A stretch of 64,000 nt of DNA from positions 1-64,000 of the forward strand of contig JALMLS010000022.1 of the NCBI GenBank assembly GCA_038496445.1, written 5' to 3'. A program made the position numbers and the translations under genes. Each line of letters opens with the position of its first letter. Positions within the stretch are counted from its first letter, which is position 1. This stretch comes from Trichosphaerium sp. ATCC 40318. Taxonomy: Eukaryota; Protista; Tubulinea. Shown here in pieces: positions 61,264 to 64,000 of this stretch. The notes beneath the pieces were generated by a model. It had not been told where the DNA came from and did no database searches. It was given only the letters and a program-made list of their open reading frames with translations.

Positions 61264-64000
61264 ATGGCAGAGAGGCGATTACGTGGTCCGCGAACCGAAA
61301 ACTCGTTATTCATTGATAACCGACTAACGGCGGTTCTCATAGGTACCGCTAAGCGCGTTAAGACTGGATACTCCTTTGCGGTTGAGTTTGAAGGAAAGGA
61401 GAAAAGAATCTCTAACGTTGCTCCAGACACCTTAGAACAATTAGTACAGCTAGTAAAAGATAAATTCCAAATAACTGGAAAGGTACCCGGAAAAAAACCC
61501 AAAGCGACTATGTTTAGCGTTGATGGCATTTTAGACGTATGTACTACGCGTTTGTGAAGCAAATGGTGTCAAAAACACAATAACTAAGTTGAGCGAACTA
61601 CAAGACAACTCACTTCTTCACCTCGCCGATTCATCAGCACTACTTGTACCAGTTCCAGCAGGTATAGTTGATGCATTTTCCTAAAATGCTATTTTACGTT
61701 AGAACACCAAAAACTTCCCAAACCTCTCCCTTTGATTTTATTACGCTTAAAAATAACGTAGCCAGGTCTTCTTGCTTTTTTTTTATTTTTAAATCACTAC
61801 TAGTTCTAATGGAGTCTGTTATATCTCTCCTTGGTCGTTTACGCACTGCTATTGAACCTGAAGGCAAAACCAGCGCAACAGTACGTCCTCTGAGGCAGTT
61901 TTTTGTCATTTTTATTGTGACACAAATACGTTTGATTTCGTGACCTTTTGGCCCTTCTAACTAATAAAACTAGATTGCTGATCTATTAAATGAGTGCTCT
62001 AGTACCCAATCGCAGCTTGTAGATATCCAAATGGTCAGTCCAGGGAGAAAGACAAAAGCTTCTCCAAAAAGTACTTTTAGGCGAAAAGGTGCGTTAAAAC
62101 TTACTGTTAATCCTTCTGTTGTATCGAAGAATATTTGAATATGCGCTGCAGTAGGTTCTAGCACCTGTTTGTGGTGAAAGCTGGTTTTTTGTCATTTTTT
62201 TATTGAATGTTTCTAACTTTTGTTTAAAATAGCGTCAATGTCTCGTAAGGGTCTTCGTAGTACTGTTAAGCGTGAACGTAAACAAATGAAAGAAAAACAA
62301 AGGCTATCTCTTCCTATTAAAGGGCTTCCACCTCCAAAGGAATACGAAAAAATAGAAATGTCTCAAAGGATAAAGTTAGAAGCTGAACCTAATTGTTTAC
62401 TTCAAGTCACGGAAGAAGAGACTTGGGTTGGATTAGACAATGGAAAGTTATTCTTAACAAGTGTACGTAGGGCCCATGTGTTTATTATGAATGAAGGAAA
62501 TGAAAGAAGAGAAAAACAGTCTTCTTTTTTTTTTTTTCTTTCCAAATTGTTATTGCCTAACTGCTTGTTGATTAGAACGGTAAAAATAGCTATATGAGTG
62601 CGCATAAAAAAACAATTAATGGATTTGCACGTGCTTTCGATGGTTTACGTGATACGATTTGGACTCTTTCAGATGACACTGAAATTGGTACCTGGGAGCC
62701 TAGGGTAAGTTAGTTTGTTTTGTAATGTCTTATTGATGTTTGTTACTATAGAGTCGTAACCATATCAAAAGAATATTTGCGCATTCAAATAAAGTAACTG
62801 CTTCATGTGTTGTGGTTAATAATGGTGACGTTTCTGAAATATGGACAGGTGATGACGATGGATTCCTAAAAATGTTTGAGGTAACTATTTTGATGTAAAA
62901 GCAAACACTGAATGTTTGTTTTCCAAGGGTTGTGAGCTTGCAAAAACTGTTCAAGTAGGAGGTTGTATTAATGACATAATTGTCGTAAATAATAAGGATG
63001 TATGGGTGGCAACAAATAGAGGCATAAAGATTTTTAATGGCACGAAGCAAGAAATCATTGCTAGGTACGCCCACTTGTCTTTTTTTTTCTCATACTTACT
63101 TTTTCTAATTGTTCTAGCTTTGAAACTCCTCAACCTACTGTTGCTTTGGCATATGGTAAAAATAATGTTTGGAGTGCTAGTGGGAAGGCATTATATGTTT
63201 GGACACCAAGTGCTAAAGTAACCGACTTTGTTTGTTTGGAAAAGTTGTTTTAATAACCACTTTACATAGACTGGTGTGGAAGATGCCCGTAAGGAGATTG
63301 TTTGCCACGAAGGAGCGATTACTTGTTTGGGTATTGTAAAGTCACCTAATGGAAGGCAGCAAATATGGAGCGGTTCACAAGATAAAAAAATACTGGTTTG
63401 GGATGCTGAGGTACTGTCTTTTCTCCATATTTTCTATTTCATGTAACTAACCTAAGTTTAAGTCTCATGCTCTATTAACTATACTGAAAAAACATGCATA
63501 TGTCACAAAAGCTATCATAGATACAAACAACGGACCTATATCATGCTCTGCAAACTGTATGTTTACACTTGTCTCTTCTGGTTTTTTTCTGGTTTTTCAT
63601 TCAAGTTGTTGATGAGTCGCTCACATATTTTCTCCTAGCTTCTGGACTTACATTCTGGCGTTATAATAATACTAAAGCCAAAACATCCAGAAGAGTTATG
63701 GATAAACCTACAATAACTTCATGCACGGAGTTATCACGTGATAAAGTAGAAAAACCTACAAAAATATCTACCACAGTAAAGGTGCCTTCACAGAATTCGT
63801 TAGTTGCACCTGGAATAAGCGATGTTCAATATGGATCCTACCCACACAATGAGGTTGGAAATACAAATAGTAGTGGAACTCCTTCAACGCAAGAAATCGG
63901 TACACTACAGTAGTTTCTTAACTTTGATTATTTTTTGCTTATCCTATGCTTTTAGACTATGGTTGTTTCCCAGAAACAAGTACTACTACTGATGATAATA
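61264..64000 (+). CDS. Multi-exon WD40/beta-propeller protein with N-terminal PB1/ubiquitin-fold-like segment; runs off the window end
   Basis: FAVEFEGKEKRI..TLEQLVQLVKDKF; then TWVGLDNG, AHSNKVTA..IWTGDDDGFLKMF, VWVAT, CHEGAITCL..IWSGSQDKKILVWD. Confidence 0.8.

Noticed and set aside
1-64000. Non-standard genetic code or stop readthrough to explain the fragmented ORFs
   Set aside because: Fragmentation is explained by short spliceosomal introns; TAA, TAG and TGA all terminate well-supported genes.

Overview
This is AT-rich (roughly 35% GC by eye), gene-dense eukaryotic nuclear DNA. Introns are short (many about 40-60 nt), with GTACG/GTAAG donors and CTAA(C/T)-type branch points, and the standard genetic code fits. 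Gene content suggests a free-living amoeba or other protist (inference). Most ORF-track entries are exon-plus-intron read-throughs, so I rebuilt about 20 spliced genes by hand. They include an MRH-domain protein, F-box+MORN-variant, tandem Ras-binding-domain protein, prolyl 4-hydroxylase, coiled-coil/winged-helix protein, 2-phosphoglycerate-kinase-like P-loop kinase, RPEL protein, fucosyltransferase-like GT, kinase-like/LRR protein, F-box+LRR, insulysin, a second F-box protein, PAN+PLAT protein, triple-ubiquitin-like protein, divergent actin, secreted beta-helix protein and a WD40 protein. The top finding is a pair of paralogues (43473-46308 +, 57220-60998 -). Each has five ~65-75 aa Trp-rich repeats on all-phase-2 exons, followed by a Vsr/DUF559/RAP-like nuclease fold. 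One copy also carries a motif-complete ATP-dependent DNA ligase, giving a candidate modular recognise-cut-ligate enzyme. Other findings: a pristine 505-bp miniature LTR retroelement (TRIM), a second LTR+tRNA-primer-like remnant sitting as the promoter of an F-box/LRR gene, and about 10-fold window-wide enrichment of CACGTG. All splice models and family calls come from manual motif reading, not database searches.
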